Shown here: piece by piece, positions 21,572 to 31,871 of the stretch
How the letters are laid out: the number at the start of each line of letters is the position of its first letter
How positions within the stretch are numbered: the first letter of the stretch is position 1
Assembly (NCBI GenBank): GCA_030949725.1
Contig: JAUZSE010000007.1
Span: 19,379-83,378, forward strand
Source: Sulfurovum sp.
Lineage (GTDB): Bacteria; Campylobacterota; Campylobacteria; Campylobacterales; Sulfurovaceae
Length of the DNA stretch: 64,000 nt
Reading direction: 5' to 3'
The notes under the pieces: model-generated
What the model saw: only the letters and a program-made list of their open reading frames with translations
Database searches by the model: none
Told to the model about the DNA's origin: nothing
Program-made: the position numbers and the translations under genes

Positions 21572-21591
21572 TCTTCTTCTTTCTGTCTATT

Positions 21592-22212
21592 TTATGTGTC
21601 TTTCGTGATCCATAATAAATCTGAATACACTTTTCCTTCTCCAAAATCAAAAGTATAGAGGTTCTTTTCTGAAAATATTTTGACATAAGATTCTATCTCT
21701 TTTTTCAATAACAGTACTTCTGATTTCATTTTCCAGTGTTGCATATCATTAGCACTGTATAAAATAATAAATAATCTATTTTTGAGATGTTTTCTTCCTT
21801 GTTGGCTTTGATTTGCATATAACCAAGAGATCAATTCTTCTTCATGTTCTCTTGCATACTTATAGGATTGATTAAAGCCTTTTGGAAACACGGATGTTTT
21901 ATGGTCAAAGGGAATAGCATTGATTTTAAAATCGACTAATTTGTCATAAGTGTTTTTATTTGCTTCAACATTCTCATGCGATGCAAAACTATCTTCGACT
22001 GCCATGGCTGACCAAAAATTATACCACCTGTTAAGGGCATAGTCTTTTAATGCTTGATCAAAATTTTCAGTTCTCCTGAGTAAGGTTGCAAAACTATAGG
22101 TTGTATAGATAAAGTTTGTCTCTAAATCCCAGGAATTTGATTGTTTTCTTCCCCAACGATACGGATATACCAATCTCTTTTTTAATTCTCTTTCTACTCT
22201 AGGCAAGTCCAT
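21592..22212 (-). CDS. Putative restriction endonuclease, PD-(D/E)xK-like
   Basis: Directly upstream of the methylase in the same orientation; E...VDF...FDHKTS catalytic-like pattern. Confidence 0.55.
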   Translation of the reverse strand: MDLPRVERELKKRLVYPYRWGRKQSNSWDLETNFIYTTYSFATLLRRTENFDQALKDYALNRWYNFWSAMAVEDSFASHENVEANKNTYDKLVDFKINAIPFDHKTSVFPKGFNQSYKYAREHEEELISWLYANQSQQGRKHLKNRLFIILYSANDMQHWKMKSEVLLLKKEIESYVKIFSEKNLYTFDFGEGKVYSDLLWITKDT

Positions 22213-22359
22213 TTTATTTCCTCTAAATTTATTTTATCTAAATTATGATGCTCTTTGTATTTTTATTTCGCTATAGACATCTTGAAAGCCTAAGAAAAGA
22301 TAACTATTTGTAGCTTTGGCTACAATTATGCTAAAATTACGATTATACGAGGAGTTAGA

Positions 22360-22692
22360 ATGAATTGGGGAAAAGTTTTTTATATATTTTTTACGTTGAT
22401 GTCACTTACGACATCCGCAGCGTTTTTATATGAGAACAGTGCCGTGGCATTGTTTATAGCAGGGTCTGTGAATATTATTTCTACTTTGATGAAAATTGGG
22501 GTAAGAAACATACTTTCAGCAGAACTGTTGGCTGGTTCACTTGTGGCAGATTTACACCTTATACCTGCATTTTTTGCATTACAGTTTTATGGTAACCATC
22601 CTTTGGCTGTAGGTCTTGTGATAGGTGCAGTGGTGGCAAATGTTTATACTATCATTGTATCTATGATAGAGAGTGCGAAAGGAAAAGGCTGA
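22360..22692 (+). CDS. Small four-TM membrane protein (DUF6394-like)
   Basis: MNWGKVFYIFF and SLVADLHLIPAF; strong RBS. Confidence 0.7.
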   Translation: MNWGKVFYIFFTLMSLTTSAAFLYENSAVALFIAGSVNIISTLMKIGVRNILSAELLAGSLVADLHLIPAFFALQFYGNHPLAVGLVIGAVVANVYTIIVSMIESAKGKG

Positions 22693-22757
22693 TTTTTAAG
22701 GCATATTCTTTTAAGCCTACTTGGGTATCTTACTGTGAATTACTAAAGGACTAAAAC

Positions 22758-24859
22758 ATGGTAAAGATACCTACACTTTATGGCAGTGATGCACAAGAGA
22801 AACGACAAGAGATTAAAGACTATTTTCAGTACTGTTATAAACGCTATGAATCACTTTTTACACTCGTCTCAGAGGAAAAAGTGTATTTTGAAAAAGCAGA
22901 TTCTCTTCGTCATCCTATCATTTTTTATTATGGGCATACTGCTACTTTTTTCATAAACAAACTAAAATTAGCTAAAATTAGCGATGAACGCATCAATCCA
23001 AAACTTGAATCTCTCTTTGCTGTAGGTGTAGATGAAATGTCTTGGGATGATCTCAACGAAAAGCATTATGACTGGCCTAGTTTGGCAGAGACACAGCAGT
23101 ATCGTGATGATGTGTATACGCTTGTGTCCAAACTTATAGACACCCTTCCTTTAACACTTCCCATCAATGAAGAATCTCCATGGTGGGTGATCATGATGGG
23201 GATTGAACATGAAAATATCCATCTTGAAACTTCTTCTGTCTTGTTACGTCAACTTCCTTTGTCTTCTATAAAAGAGAATACCCAATGGGAAGCATGTCCT
23301 CTTATGGGAGAAGCACCAAAAAATGAACTTTTGGATGTGCGTGCAGGTCAAGTGACTTTAGGCAGAAGTAAAGATGCAAAGTTCTTTGCATGGGACAATG
23401 AATATGGAGAGCATCAAGCACAGATTCCTGCATTTAAAGCAGCAAAATATCTGACTTCAAATGCTGAGTATCTTGAATTTGTACAAGATGATGGTTATAC
23501 CCATGATACTTTTTGGTGTGAAGAAGGAAAGGCTTGGAAGGCATATACGCAAGCAAAACACCCTCTTTTTTGGTCTCCTTCCAAAGATGGATATATGCTC
23601 CGCATATTGAGTAAAAATATTGAGCTACCTAAAAACTGGCCCGTTGAAGTCAACTATCTTGAAGCCGCAGCCTTTTGTCAATGGAAGAGTCAGGAAAGAA
23701 GGTACTACCATTACCCTTCCTACCGAAGATGAATACAATAGATTGAGAGAAGTAAGTAGCGTACCTACCTATAGGGAATGGACAGAGAAAGGTACAAGTA
23801 TTGCCAATATAAACTTGGAAAGCTTTGCTTCTTGTGTCCCTGTAGATCAGTGGCAGCATGGTGATTTTTATGATGTGATTGGAAATGTTTGGCAGTGGTC
23901 ACGTACACCTATGTATCCCTTTAAAGGGTTTAAAGTACATCCTATGTATGATGATTTTACCGTACCTACCTTTGATGGAAAACACAATCTTATGAATGGT
24001 GGTTCTTGGATCTCCTGTGGTAATTTGGCTACGCAGAAAAGTCGTTATGGATTTAGAAGACATTTTTACCAGCATGCAGGGTTTAGGGTTATCCAAAGTA
24101 ACTATGAAGAAAAGGTAGAAACGGATTATTATACTACTGATACTATTATCTCACAGTATTGCCATTTTGGATGGGGAGACAATGCACTCAATGTAGAAAA
24201 TTATCCTGCACGTTGTGCTAAAATTGCTTTAGAGTATATGAAAGACAAACCAAGAGGTAAAGCTTTTGATATAGGATGTGCCATAGGAAGAAGTACCTTT
24301 GAACTCGCACGTGGTTTTGATGAAGTCATAGGCGTAGATTTCTCTGCACGTTTTGTACAAGAAGCTGAAGTTTTACAACAAAATGCTGTCTTACGCTACA
24401 CTATGCCAACAGAAGGTGAACTGGAGAACTTTTATGAGGTACATCTTTCAGATTTCGATTTGGAAAATGAGCGTGATAAAGTTACATTTTGGCAGGCAGA
24501 TGCTTGTAACTTAAAACCTATTTATAAAGACTTTGACCTTATTTTTGGCGGTAACCTTATAGACCGACTCTATGATCCCCAAAAGTTTTTAGACTCCACT
24601 TCCTGAACGTTTAAATGAAGGCGGCATACTTATCCTGACCTCTCCTTATACTTGGCAAGAAGAGTCTACGCCAAAAGATAAATGGATAGGCGGCTATAAA
24701 AAAGATGGCGAAAATGTTTCTACTTTAGATGGATTACAAGAAATACTTGGAGAGAACTTTATCTTACTCGATACTAAAGATGTACCTTTTGTGATACAAG
24801 AGACAGCACGTAAACACCAACATACCATTGCACATATGACGATTTGGCAAAAAAAATAA
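22758..24859 (+). CDS. ovoA: 5-histidylcysteine sulfoxide synthase/methyltransferase (ovothiol); two +1 frameshifts
   Basis: LRHPIIFYYGHT, GVDEMSWDDL, iron motif HENIHLE, FGE-sulfatase domain, RYGFRRHFYQHAGFR and a SAM domain (DIGCAIGR, NLIDRL). Confidence 0.92.
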
Positions 24860-24860
24860 G

Positions 24861-26019
24861 ATGATGTTTCAAGCCATAAACCGTAAAGGCACATACACTA
24901 CAAAATACGATGATGCCAAAAAGAAATTTGGGAGAGATGATCTTTTGCCTTTATGGGTGGCAGATATGGATTTGGCTTCACCCTTATGTGTGCAAGAAAC
25001 GATTCAAAAAAGAGCAGCACATCCTGTGTATGGCTATACGGTTTACCCTAATGCATATTATGAAGCGATACAAAACTGGATGAAAAAACGCTTTGATTGG
25101 GCTGTTGATGCAGAGAGCATTGTACCTTGTTATGGCGTGGTACCTTCACTAAATTTTGCTATCAACGCGTATAGTAAAGAAGGGGATGGTATCCTCATTC
25201 AAACACCGTTATATCCTCCATTCGCTGCTTCTATTAAAGAAAAAAAGAGAAAATTACTTGACAATACACTGCTCTATAAAAATGGCAGGTATCAGATAGA
25301 CTTTGATGATTTTGAAAGCAAAGCAAAAGAGTCTACACTTTTTTTACTCTGTTCCCCACACAATCCAACGGGACGTGCATGGACGAAAGAAGAATTAGAA
25401 AAGATCATTGATATCTGTATAAAACATGAAGTACTTATCATCTCTGATGAGATACATGCAGATGTGGTATATGCTCAAATACATCACTCAATAGGGTCTT
25501 TTGAAAAGATAAAACAGAGATGTGTCATTTTGAGCAGCACCCTCTAAGACATTTAACATTGCAGGACTCAATACTTCTTTTGCTATAATTGCAGATAGTA
25601 AGTTACGAGAAGCGTATAATCTTGAACAAGACAAATCGGGCATAAGCAATGGAAATCCTTTTGGTATAGAAGCTTTGATCTCTGCTTATAATGAGGGGGA
25701 TGTGTGGCTAGAACAGCTCAAAGTGCATTTATCTTCCAATATCACTTATGTAAAAACCTTTTTGACAAAGCATAAGTTAGCGATAGAAGTAGTACCCACC
25801 GAAGCTACTTTTTTAATGTGGCTTGATTGTAAAAATATGGGCTTGTCACATGAAGCATTGGTACATTTCTTTATCTATGGTGCAAAACTTGGGCTTAACG
25901 ATGGAAAAAGTTTTGGAAATGCAGGAGAAGGTTTTATGCGTTTAAATATAGGAACATCAAGGAAAATTTTGGAAGAAGCAATGAAGCGGTTATTATATGC
26001 CTATAGGGAAAAACTGTGA
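24861..26019 (+). CDS. MalY/PatB PLP-dependent C-S lyase; one frameshift
   Basis: LWVADMD, LCSPHNPTGR, SDEIHAD, APSKTFN(I)AG and FMRLNIG motifs. Confidence 0.9.
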
Positions 26020-27734
26020 GAAATATTCTTTTTGTCTATGTACTATTCTCACTTTGGCTTTATGCCTTGCCTCAGGCAATCTTGGAAGAGGTACGAAAAT
26101 CAGGTATTGCCCAAAAAGATGTGAGTATTTACATCAAGGAAGTGGGTCATGGGGGTAAGGTTATTGCATCCCTTAATGTCGATAAGGCACGGACACCTGC
26201 ATCTGTGGTTAAGGTTTTGACCACATATGCAGCTCTTTTAAAATTGGGATTTGATTATCGTTGGCCTACTAAATTTTATACGACAGGTAGACTAAGACAA
26301 GGTGTATTAAAAGGTGATTTACTTATCAAAGGATTTGGGGATCCGACTTTAAACGACAGAGATCTTAACGATATTGTGGCAAAAATTCGAGCCAAAGGGA
26401 TACGAAGGATCACGGGTAATATCGTGATTGACAGAAGCTACTTTAACGTAGGTACTAAAAATAATTCAGGTTTTGACAAAAATATTTACAGTGCTTATAA
26501 TGCCATGCCTGATGCTATGATGTTTAACGAACGTATCAGTACCGTGTGTGTCACTCCGAACAAAAAATCTGTGTATAAAAAAAACCAAGATGGAAGCTAC
26601 AAAATTGTTAATCGTTTAAAATATGTCAATAAACCTTGTAAAGGAAGATACTCATGGCCAGGTGTTGCGATAAGCCATAGTCAATCTATACCTACAGTGA
26701 CACTAAAAGGGAGTATTTCCAAACGATGTGGAAGACGAAATATCTGTAATGTCTTGACCAAACCTTATAAATCATTTTATTATGCACTCAAAGAGAAACT
26801 TCGGGTGAAGGGTATAAAAGTATCTGGTACTCTAAGCATAAAGAAAATCCCTAGAAATGCCAAGAGTCTTTTTACGTATTATTCTGATTCTTTGGAAAAG
26901 ATTGTTTCCAAAACAGCTAAAAAAAGTAACAATCTTTATGCCCGTCACCTTTTACTTCTTCTAGGAGCAAAAGTATATGGCGCACCAGCAACCTTACAAA
27001 AAGGTAGAAATGCTATAGTCAAAATACTACGTTCAAAAGGTGCATTGGGCTATGGTACACTTATGGTAGACAATGGATGTGGTCTTTCTCGTATAGCAAA
27101 AATAACAGCCAAAAATTTGGCAGAGATGTATGACAATGCCTACGATAGATACGGGTCAAGATGGATGAAGACACTTTCTATAGCGGGCATAGATGGCACG
27201 ATAAAACGCCGTTTTAGACATACAGTCGTTAAAAACCATGCTTGGATGAAAACAGGTACTGTACGAAATGTTAAGAATATCGGAGGGTATGTTAAAAACA
27301 AGGCAGGTAAACTTTATACGGTGGTCATCCTTGTCAATAGCACGAGGGCACGTTGGCATGGGGCGAAACTTCAAAATGAGATTATGAAATGGTTAGTGAA
27401 GACTAAAATACAACCATTAAAAAGAGTCTCATCCCAAGCGAACGGCTCTAAAAATAATGTTAAAAATGTGTTTTCACAACTCGGAACAGAGCCTATGGCA
27501 TACAAAGACCCTCAAAGAGATACTTTGTACTATGTGCAAGTAGGTTCTTTTAGGCAAATGCCAAAAAAACAGTATTTCAAAAAAATAGAAGCATTACGCT
27601 TGCGTTATAGCGTACGCCATGTGAATAACTATAAGGTGCTTGTAGGTGCATATGCTGATAAGAATGATGCAATCGCAGCCTTGAAAAAAATACGTAGAAA
27701 TGTGAATATAGGAGCCTTTATCGTTAAGATGTAG
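26016..27734 (+). CDS. dacB: D-Ala-D-Ala carboxy/endopeptidase PBP4 with C-terminal SPOR domain
   Basis: PASVVK (SxxK), SNN and KTGT motifs; C-terminal YYVQVGSF...YKVLVG. Confidence 0.9.
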   Translation: MRNILFVYVLFSLWLYALPQAILEEVRKSGIAQKDVSIYIKEVGHGGKVIASLNVDKARTPASVVKVLTTYAALLKLGFDYRWPTKFYTTGRLRQGVLKGDLLIKGFGDPTLNDRDLNDIVAKIRAKGIRRITGNIVIDRSYFNVGTKNNSGFDKNIYSAYNAMPDAMMFNERISTVCVTPNKKSVYKKNQDGSYKIVNRLKYVNKPCKGRYSWPGVAISHSQSIPTVTLKGSISKRCGRRNICNVLTKPYKSFYYALKEKLRVKGIKVSGTLSIKKIPRNAKSLFTYYSDSLEKIVSKTAKKSNNLYARHLLLLLGAKVYGAPATLQKGRNAIVKILRSKGALGYGTLMVDNGCGLSRIAKITAKNLAEMYDNAYDRYGSRWMKTLSIAGIDGTIKRRFRHTVVKNHAWMKTGTVRNVKNIGGYVKNKAGKLYTVVILVNSTRARWHGAKLQNEIMKWLVKTKIQPLKRVSSQANGSKNNVKNVFSQLGTEPMAYKDPQRDTLYYVQVGSFRQMPKKQYFKKIEALRLRYSVRHVNNYKVLVGAYADKNDAIAALKKIRRNVNIGAFIVKM

Positions 27735-27793
27735 GTCTCCTATAGTTCTTTACCCCAAATACGTTATAATCTTTTAAAAATACAGGGCAAACA

Positions 27794-28921
27794 TTGAACT
27801 TTGAAACATACCCTTTTGAAAAATTAAATCAACTCCTTGAATCAGTGATTCCCAACACAGCATACAGCCCTCTAAGCTTGACGATAGGGGAACCTCAATT
27901 TGAGACCCCAAAGTTTATACTTGATGCACTCAATGAGCATGCAGAACTTTTAAATAAGTATCCTAAAACTTCGGGTGAAAAAGTACTCAGAGATGGAATG
28001 CTTACATACAACAAAGTGCGTTTTGGATTGATACTTACGAATGCACAAATTATCCCTACCTTTGGGACTAGAGAAGTGCTTTTTAACTTTCCGCAGTTTT
28101 TGTTGCATGACATTGAAGATCCTGTGATGGTCTTCCCCAATCCTTTTTATCAGATCTATGAAGGGGCGGCTAAAGCGTGTAGAGCAGAAGTGATATACTT
28201 AAACCTCAATGCTTCTAGTGATTTTCAACCTGTAGTAGATGAGGTGGCATTAGAAAAAGCAGATTTTGTCATACTTAATTCACCCAATAATCCTACTTCT
28301 TCTGTGATGTCTATGGAAGACTTAAAAAAGTGGGTTTTGTTGGCAGATAAACATGATTTTGTACTTATGAATGATGAGTGCTATGCGGATCTTTATCTGG
28401 ATGAGCCTTTACCTTCTTTACTTAATGCAAGTATAGAGGTGGGCAATATAGATTTTAGAAATATCTTAGTAATCAATTCTGTCTCTAAACGTTCTTCTGC
28501 TCCAGGACTTCGTTCTGGTTTCATTGCAGGAGATGCAGACATCCTTAAATCTTATATGGTCTATAGGACGTATGTTGGTTGTGCAACTCCCTTGCCATTA
28601 CAACATGCTTCTGCAGCTGCATGGGCAGATCAGGAGCATGTGGCTGTCTTTAGAGAAAAGTACAAAAAAAACTTTGAGATAGCCAAAGAAATCTTAGGTA
28701 TAGATAGCCCCCAAGCGACCTTTTATATTTGGCTCAAAGTTGAAGATGAAATAGCCTTTGCGACAAGACTCTATGAATCTTATAATCTCAAAGTCGTCCC
28801 TGGTTCATTTTTGGGACGTGAGGGTGCAGGTAAAGGCTATGTACGGTTGGCACTGGTTTATGAGGCAGAAAAGACAAGAGAAGCATTGGTAAGAATTAAA
28901 TTATGTTTGGAGAATATATAA
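27794..28921 (+). CDS. dapC: Succinyldiaminopimelate transaminase
   Basis: LTIGEP, GTREVLF, PNPFYQIYEGA and SKRSSAPGLRSG motifs. Confidence 0.9.
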   Translation: MNFETYPFEKLNQLLESVIPNTAYSPLSLTIGEPQFETPKFILDALNEHAELLNKYPKTSGEKVLRDGMLTYNKVRFGLILTNAQIIPTFGTREVLFNFPQFLLHDIEDPVMVFPNPFYQIYEGAAKACRAEVIYLNLNASSDFQPVVDEVALEKADFVILNSPNNPTSSVMSMEDLKKWVLLADKHDFVLMNDECYADLYLDEPLPSLLNASIEVGNIDFRNILVINSVSKRSSAPGLRSGFIAGDADILKSYMVYRTYVGCATPLPLQHASAAAWADQEHVAVFREKYKKNFEIAKEILGIDSPQATFYIWLKVEDEIAFATRLYESYNLKVVPGSFLGREGAGKGYVRLALVYEAEKTREALVRIKLCLENI

Positions 28922-29524
28922 ATGACAAACCCTGAAATACACGTAGAAGAGTTAAAAAAAGATCCAGAATTTTTAGCAAATATTGCTAGACTTGAAGTAG
29001 AGTGTAAAGAAGAAGAGAGTATTGCTAAAGGGTATCAGCTTTTGGATGCACAGCTTATTATTGAGGCAGCAGAAGATGACATCAATGAAATCTTTACTTT
29101 TATTGTCAATACAGCTTTTGACAGATTGGCAGAGAAACTGACTAGGTCAAAAATGTTTAATATGCAAAATACAGAAGACTTAGCAACGGCTAGAGCCATC
29201 TATGAACATGCTATTCAGCGTTACAGTGAAAAGGATCAAAAGGGTGCCAAAGAGATATTTTTGATACTCAATTACACTATAGACCATGCAGAGCTTAAAG
29301 ATGCGATGATGCTACATGCAGCTGTAGTGATGGCAGGGATTGGTTTTGATGATTTCATAGAACAACATGTAGATGTGAGTAAGGTAGATGAATCAGACCC
29401 TTTGGCATTTTTTATCCAAACATTTACACAGAGTAAAGAGGAGATGTTTCACACCTTTGAGAAAGAAATAGTTTTAGCAAAAAATGAAATACGTATTTTC
29501 TCAGATTCACAACAAGAATTATAA
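28922..29524 (+). CDS. Conserved hypothetical helical protein
   Basis: 200-aa ORF tightly coupled between dapC and murC. Confidence 0.75.
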   Translation: MTNPEIHVEELKKDPEFLANIARLEVECKEEESIAKGYQLLDAQLIIEAAEDDINEIFTFIVNTAFDRLAEKLTRSKMFNMQNTEDLATARAIYEHAIQRYSEKDQKGAKEIFLILNYTIDHAELKDAMMLHAAVVMAGIGFDDFIEQHVDVSKVDESDPLAFFIQTFTQSKEEMFHTFEKEIVLAKNEIRIFSDSQQEL

Positions 29525-30837
29525 TGAAAATACATTTCATAGGTATCGGAGGCATAGGGCTTTCTGCTTTAGCCAAATTTTTGGTCAATGATGGACATAA
29601 GATTTCTGGTTCTGACATCAAACAGACAGAGATTACCAATGACCTAGCTACCAATTTTGATGCGAAGATTACCATACCCCATCATGAAGATGCAGTGGAA
29701 GGTGTGGATAGGGTTATCTACTCTGCGGCTGTACGTCCCAACAATCCTGAGTATCAAAAAGCCAAAGCATTGGGTATTGAATTACTTTCAAGGAAAGAGT
29801 CATTAAAGAGCATATTGGGTAAAAAAGAGGTCTATGCTGTGGGTGGCGCACATGGAAAAAGTACCACTTCAGCGATGCTAGCTTCACTACTCCCTAAGTC
29901 GAATGCACTTATCGGTGCCATTGCCAAAGAATTTGGCTCCAATGTACGTAATTACCCTAATGATAAAGTAGTGTTTGAAGCAGATGAAAGTGATGAAAGT
30001 TTTTTAAATTCAAACCCTACTTTGGCTATTGTAACCAATGTCGAACCTGAACACATGGAATACTACGGCTATGATGAAGAGCGTTTTTACAATGCCTATA
30101 GAAACTTTGTCAATCTTGCAAAAGTACGTGTGATCAATGCGGAAGATGAGTTTTTGGCTTCACTAGATGTGGACAGTATAAAGTTGTACCCCTCAAAAGA
30201 TATAACTAACATTGTATTTGTACTGGTTGATGGCGAACCACATACAAAGTTTGACCTCTTAGATTTGGGTACATTTGAAGTATTTGGATTTGGAAACCAT
30301 ATCGCACTGGATGCCTCACTTGCGATACTCTCAGCCATTGAATTGGGTGAAGATATAGAAGATATACGTACAAACCTATTGAATTACAAGGGTATCAAAA
30401 AACGTTTTGATATAGTCCAAAACAGAGAAAACTGTGTGGTGATAGATGACTATGGTCACCACCCTACAGAAATAAAAGTAACGATGGAATCATTACAAAC
30501 CTATAAAGGCTTACGAGACTTTTCCAAATTAAACGTCATCTGGCAACCCCATAAATACAGCCGTACGATGGATAACTTACAAGCTTTTATAGAGTGTTTT
30601 GAAGGAGTAGATGAACTGGTCATACTTCCTATCTGGGCAGCAGGTGAACTGGAAGTAAATATAGATCTAAAAGGTGCATTTTCCCGTTATAAACTACTAA
30701 TGGCAGACAGTGTCACAAAAGAAGATGGCATTGTCAAAGTATTGAAAGACGGTCACGTAATACGCGAATATAGCGAAGGACTTATCACTGCATTTGGAGC
30801 AGGTGATATCACGTATCAGATACGGGGTGAGGTGTAG
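29524..30837 (+). CDS. murC: UDP-N-acetylmuramate-L-alanine ligase
   Basis: HFIGIGGIG, GAHGKSTT, EADESD, DDYGHHPTE and QPHKYSR motifs. Confidence 0.97.
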   Translation: MKIHFIGIGGIGLSALAKFLVNDGHKISGSDIKQTEITNDLATNFDAKITIPHHEDAVEGVDRVIYSAAVRPNNPEYQKAKALGIELLSRKESLKSILGKKEVYAVGGAHGKSTTSAMLASLLPKSNALIGAIAKEFGSNVRNYPNDKVVFEADESDESFLNSNPTLAIVTNVEPEHMEYYGYDEERFYNAYRNFVNLAKVRVINAEDEFLASLDVDSIKLYPSKDITNIVFVLVDGEPHTKFDLLDLGTFEVFGFGNHIALDASLAILSAIELGEDIEDIRTNLLNYKGIKKRFDIVQNRENCVVIDDYGHHPTEIKVTMESLQTYKGLRDFSKLNVIWQPHKYSRTMDNLQAFIECFEGVDELVILPIWAAGELEVNIDLKGAFSRYKLLMADSVTKEDGIVKVLKDGHVIREYSEGLITAFGAGDITYQIRGEV

Positions 30838-30946
30838 ATTGTTGTAAAGCCAATGATTTAGAATTACAAATCAAAGCTATGATATAAAGTAGCTTGTCAC
30901 TATTTTGAAAAATATAAAAAATTAATATTTTTGATATAAAAACTAA

Positions 30947-31183
30947 GGTGCAAATACCATAGAACTTATCCAAGGAACAGCCTACACAGAACTAGGGGCA
31001 ACTGCGACGGATGATAGAGATGCAACGGTAAGCGTTGCTGTCAGTAGAAGTGTGGATGTAGATACTGTTGGTGCGTATACTATAACCTATAGTGCTACAG
31101 ACAGTGCCAATGCCAATGAATTAAGCAAAAAACCAGTAAAATCTCAAAGTAAACTAATCAAAAGAAAGAGTATGAAATGCTAA
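30947..31183 (+). pseudogene. Startless fragment of a DUF5011 Ig-like surface-protein repeat
   Basis: Reads GANTIELIQGTAYTELGATATDDRD...VDVDTVGAYTITYSATDSA immediately after an in-frame TAA. Confidence 0.75.
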
Positions 31184-31277
31184 AAAAAACCTCACACCCC
31201 TACGGTTCAATCTCCACTTTTCGTGATATACTTCCCAAACTTTAATCTTCATTCATATAGTTCAAATACCGATAGAA

Positions 31278-31305
31278 CGTGACGAAGTTGGAGCTTCGTC
31301 ACGAG
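31278..31305. repeat. REP-like hairpin ending in CGAG
   Basis: CGTGACGAAG-ttggag-CTTCGTCACG-AG, a perfect 10-bp GC-rich stem in AT-rich DNA. Confidence 0.6.
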
Positions 31306-31392
31306 TAAAAGAAGGTCGATACATCAAAGTAGGTGATTTTACATATGAGGTACTTACCTTTGATGATATAGTATGTGTAATATGCATGTGTA

Positions 31393-31425
31393 ATTCACGT
31401 TTCATTCATCTTAATATATTATGAT
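31393..31425 (+). promoter_or_regulatory. Tandem TTCA box promoter (OmpR-type site)
   Basis: TTCACGT-N4-TTCATCT, 8 nt, then TATGAT; same layout at 35452 and 41593. Confidence 0.5.
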
Positions 31426-31451
31426 GATGTAATAAAACTAAAGGATTAGGT

Positions 31452-31871
31452 ATGAGAGTTAAAACAACATTATTGATATTTGGAGCTATGTTCCTGCTTA
31501 CCCCTAATGTGTATGCAGAAACGTCTGCTGAAGCGTTGTTTGAAGCAAAATGTGCGAGTTGTCATGTAAAGATGAGACCTAGTGATATTTCAACTTTGGT
31601 TGCGCCTCCTATCATGGGTGTGGCAAGACATGTAAAAATGACTTATCGTACAAAAGAGGAAGCGGTAAAATTCATTACTGAGTATGCACTTGATCCTAAA
31701 GAGAGTAAGGCAGTATGTATGCCTGAAAAACTAAAACGTTTTGGACTGATGCCTTCTCAAAAAGGTAATGTCACTAAAGAAGAATTGACTACTATCGCAG
31801 GTTGGATCTATGATAATTTTGCTAATCAGGGACGGGGTAAAGGACACGGAAAAGCGTGTAAAGACAAATAA
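31452..31871 (+). CDS. Periplasmic monohaem cytochrome c
   Basis: Signal peptide, CASCH, APP and FGLMPS motifs. Confidence 0.88.
   Translation: MRVKTTLLIFGAMFLLTPNVYAETSAEALFEAKCASCHVKMRPSDISTLVAPPIMGVARHVKMTYRTKEEAVKFITEYALDPKESKAVCMPEKLKRFGLMPSQKGNVTKEELTTIAGWIYDNFANQGRGKGHGKACKDK

Noticed and set aside
22758-24859. Ergothioneine (EgtB) or selenometabolite synthase
   Set aside because: OvoA-specific motifs and the fused C-terminal methyltransferase are present, and no selD, senB or egtD is nearby
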